Of a stretch of DNA of 64,000 nt, positions 61,119 through 64,000 are shown one piece after another. The stretch's first letter is position 1; each line of letters opens with the position of its first letter. The notes under the pieces are model-generated. The model did not search any database. It was not told where the DNA came from and saw only the letters and a list, made by a program, of their open reading frames with translations. The DNA lies in the NCBI GenBank assembly GCA_965237955.1, contig OZ250169.1, positions 3,232,001-3,296,000 of the forward strand, given 5' to 3'. The stretch comes from Candidatus Marinacidobacterales bacterium. GTDB taxonomy: Bacteria > Acidobacteriota > Vicinamibacteria > Marinacidobacterales > SMYC01. The translations under genes and the position numbers were made by a program.

Positions 61119-62735
61119 ATGCCGATCATGCGATCCATCAAGGTAGTCAATCTTCTGTTCTTGGTCTTGCTTCTGGGGGGGATGTTCGGTTGCGGCGGTA
61201 GCGACACGGCGAAGGAGACCACCCCCGACGCCGCCGGAACGGCCGAAGGCGATGGTCCTCCTCCGCGGTGGATCCTTGCCGCGACCGAGATGCCGCGCGG
61301 TCTCGTGCGAAACCAAGCGGGGACGGCCCCCGGTTACGTGCTCTTCAGCCAGTTCAGCGAGGACCTCACTTACCTCGTCGACGGCGAGGGCCAGGTGGTG
61401 CACACCTGGCAGAACGAAAAGGCGACGGGTTCTCACTACCTTCAGGACGACGGTCATCTGATCCGCCTGGAGCGGATGGCGGAGCCACCCAACTTCAAAG
61501 CAGGCGGTGTGTCCGGCTACTTACAAGAGCTTTCCTGGGACGGCGAGCTCCTATGGGAGTGGCACATGGGTGACGAAGAGCGAATGCTCCATCACGATAT
61601 CGAGCCACTTCCGAACGGCAACATCCTCGCGATCGCCTGGGAGCTGAAGACACCCGACGAGGCCCGGGCCGCCGGACGGCGGGTCGATCTCATTCCCGAA
61701 CAGGGAATCTGGTCCGAGTGGATCCTGGAGGTGGAGCCCTTGCCGCCGAACGATGCCCGCATCGTCTGGGAGTGGCACGTGTGGGACCACCTCGTCCAAA
61801 ACCACGACCCGGACGGCGCGCACTACGGCGTCCCCGCGGAGCATCCGCGGCGACTCGACGTCAACCCGGACGCCGAAGAGGCGGTGGTCGACGAAGAGAA
61901 GCTCGAACAGCTCCAAGCGCTCGGCTACGTGCCGGACGACGCCACCACCGAAGACATCCAATCGGACTTTCTGCACATGAATGCCATCGACTATCATCCG
62001 GGACTCGATCAGATCGTGCTCAGCGTGCCCGAAATCAGCGAGGTCTGGATCCTCGACCACTCGACCTCGAGCGAAGAGGCGAGAGGCTCATCGGGGGGCC
62101 GCTCTGGACACGGTGGTGACATTCTTTATCGTTGGGGTAATCCGAGAGTCTACGGCCGCGGCGATTCATCCGACCAGAAGCTCTTCTACGCGCATGAGGC
62201 GCTATGGATCCCGGAAGGCTGGCCCCACGCCGGCCATCTGACAGTGTTCAACAACGGCGGAGGACGTCCCGACGGCGACTACTCGTCGGTGCTCGAGTGG
62301 GCGCCCCCGATCGACGCGGACGGAAACTACACGCTGCCGGAGGGAGAAGCCTTTGGACCCGCCGACGTCGCCTGGAGCTACGAGGCGGCCGAGCGCGAGA
62401 GTTTCTTCGCACCGTTCGTTTCGGGTGCCCATCGTCTCGCGAACGGCAACACGTTCGTTTGCTCCGGTCCTCAGGGGCGCTTTTTCGAAGTGAGCGCGGA
62501 AGGGGAGGTCGTCTGGGAGTACAAAAACCCGTTCCACGGCGATGTGCAGGCGTGGATGCCGCCGGGCACAGAGCTATTCGCCTACGGCTCGTTCCGGGCG
62601 GCCAAGATTCCCCCGGATCATCCAGCGCTAGCCGGTCGGAGCCTTGCGCCTCTCGATCCACAGCCACAGACGTATGAGCCGCCGCCCGGACCTCCGCCGG
62701 GAAAAGCGCCGGCCGATGGAACGGAGTCGCCCTGA
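61119..62735 (+). CDS. Arylsulfotransferase (ASST-family) lipoprotein
   Basis: Lipobox FGC; HHDIEPLPNGN, WEWHVWDH, LHMNAID, YRWGNP, FNNG, RLANGNT. Confidence 0.85.
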   Translation: MPIMRSIKVVNLLFLVLLLGGMFGCGGSDTAKETTPDAAGTAEGDGPPPRWILAATEMPRGLVRNQAGTAPGYVLFSQFSEDLTYLVDGEGQVVHTWQNEKATGSHYLQDDGHLIRLERMAEPPNFKAGGVSGYLQELSWDGELLWEWHMGDEERMLHHDIEPLPNGNILAIAWELKTPDEARAAGRRVDLIPEQGIWSEWILEVEPLPPNDARIVWEWHVWDHLVQNHDPDGAHYGVPAEHPRRLDVNPDAEEAVVDEEKLEQLQALGYVPDDATTEDIQSDFLHMNAIDYHPGLDQIVLSVPEISEVWILDHSTSSEEARGSSGGRSGHGGDILYRWGNPRVYGRGDSSDQKLFYAHEALWIPEGWPHAGHLTVFNNGGGRPDGDYSSVLEWAPPIDADGNYTLPEGEAFGPADVAWSYEAAERESFFAPFVSGAHRLANGNTFVCSGPQGRFFEVSAEGEVVWEYKNPFHGDVQAWMPPGTELFAYGSFRAAKIPPDHPALAGRSLAPLDPQPQTYEPPPGPPPGKAPADGTESP

Positions 62736-63153
62736 GCTCGACTTGATGCGGTGCGATCGAACGCGAAAGGCTTGCGCGTAGTGAAAGCGACCGGCGCAGG
62801 CCGGGTCAAGGCCGGCGAAGCCGCCGCGCTTTGCGCAGGGAGCCTTGATGCGGCCGAGCACCGTGGTTCGATGGTTGGGCGATGGCATCCGGTTTAATGA
62901 GAATGAGAGAGGTTTGCTTCCACCTATCCGCCTTGGATTCAGCGTTTCCACAGGGCTATCGATCCTAACGTCACTCGTTATTACGTGGAAAAATCTGAGG
63001 CTACCTTTGAACGATAGAGCCCAACAAGGTGACCCCAAAGCTGAGGAGGAACTCGAAGACGGCATCGGATTTCCCTACTTTGAACGTGCCGAGAGTGGCT
63101 GCCGTCGATGAGCGGCGTTGAAGTGATAGCGCTTCACCAACCCCTTGAAAAAA

Positions 63154-63204
63154 TGGCGCGCCTTGGGCGACGAACGCCCGACCTACAGATTCGGTATCAG
63201 ATGC
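63154..63204 (-). other. Degenerate tRNA-Arg 3' fragment (att-site relic)
   Basis: Minus strand GCATCTGATACCGAATCTGTAGGTCGGGCGTTCGTCGCCCAAGGCGCGCCA resembles the 3' two-thirds of tRNA-Arg including CCA; the 5' arm is absent. Confidence 0.55.
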
Positions 63205-63352
63205 GCCCTCTAAAGTGATGGAGATTCAACCACTTGGCGGATATGGTGCCAGCATGGTGCCAAGGAGACTGTGCGAATGACGAGCGACCGTAAGCTCCAC
63301 CCGTCCTCATCGCCATTCAAGATGCCTGAACCGGAGCTCACTCTTCTTTCAT

Positions 63353-64000
63353 TCACTTGCTTTTCTTCACGTGGGTCAAGCGAACGGGTTTCGTCGCGGC
63401 GTGCTCGAGCACGAGATGGTCTTTCTCTTTATCCCACTTGATCTCGACACCCACTCCGAGTGTTCCGTCGCCTTCTTCGGTCTTTTCATCAAGGCGAAGT
63501 TCGATAAACGTGAAGGTGTAGTCCATCGAGCGAGGGTTCTGCACCGCTTCCCAGAAACCGATGGGCCGATCTGTGGCCAGGCGGATGACGCGCTTGCCTT
63601 CGCCTCGGAACTCGCGAGCGTAATGGAGTCGGACGCTGGGCCACCGAGTGCGTCCGGCACCACTACCGGTAATCCGCATGTATCCGGTCTCTTTCTGTTT
63701 TTGCAGTGCCTTGAGAAGATCCTCGGGCTCTTTCTCTACCAGCGTTTCGATGAGATGGCGCCGCTCCTCGTCGGTGGTCCAGCGATTGATGGTGATGTGT
63801 ACGGTGGTGCTAGTCCCCTGTATCAGAACAAACTAGATAAAGCAGAGCTTGCCGAAACACTTCTAAGTGCATGAATCTTATGAATCTTATGGGCTGGCGA
63901 AAAGCCTAACTTTGTATAGTAATCAAAGATCCAGGGGGCTAGCGCCGAAGGCGACGTTACCCATCGCCATGGCACGCGCGCGGAAAGTCTCCTCGAACTT
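63353..64000 (-). pseudogene. Hypothetical protein interrupted by a MITE; start lies outside the window
   Basis: Removing the insert gives ...AMGNVAFGASTTVHITINRWTTDEER...GYMRITG...LATDRPIGFWE in one frame. Confidence 0.75.
63814..63938. mobile_element. 125-bp MITE, copy 2 (inverted relative to copy 1)
   Basis: Reverse complement of 23220-23344 with two mismatches by my count; flanked by CTAG. Confidence 0.92.

Noticed and set aside
1-64000. CRISPR array, rRNA, intact tRNA, retron or reverse transcriptase
   Set aside because: No regularly spaced repeats, RNA gene signatures or RT motifs seen.

Overview
GC-rich bacterial DNA. The gene repertoire suggests Acidobacteriota (Vicinamibacteria-like); this is an inference. 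The window has three zones. (1) About 1-20.8 kb is a mosaic of metabolic genes and gene fragments broken up by remnants of several IS families (rve/DDE elements, IS1380, IS91-like HUH elements with repeated oriIS-type ends) and a MITE. (2) About 21-31.1 kb is a co-oriented accessory module and the best candidate for an undescribed system. It encodes a phospholipase D, a permuted NlpC/P60 enzyme (MITE-interrupted), a small protein, a large possibly TULIP-like protein with a hydrophobic hairpin, and a beta-propeller/KAP P-loop NTPase. Each of its three units has a sigma54-type -24/-12 motif upstream. (3) About 31-64 kb holds housekeeping-type genes (hemH, 2-oxoacid dehydrogenase E1beta/E2, recC/recB, trmB, MscS, desaturases, hydrolases) with several deletion junctions, an IS5-family element that truncates recB, REP/MITE-like elements and a degenerate tRNA-Arg/att-like relic. 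Several single-base frameshifts could be sequencing errors rather than real pseudogenes. No CRISPR array, rRNA or intact tRNA was seen. All product calls come from motif recognition by eye, not from database searches.
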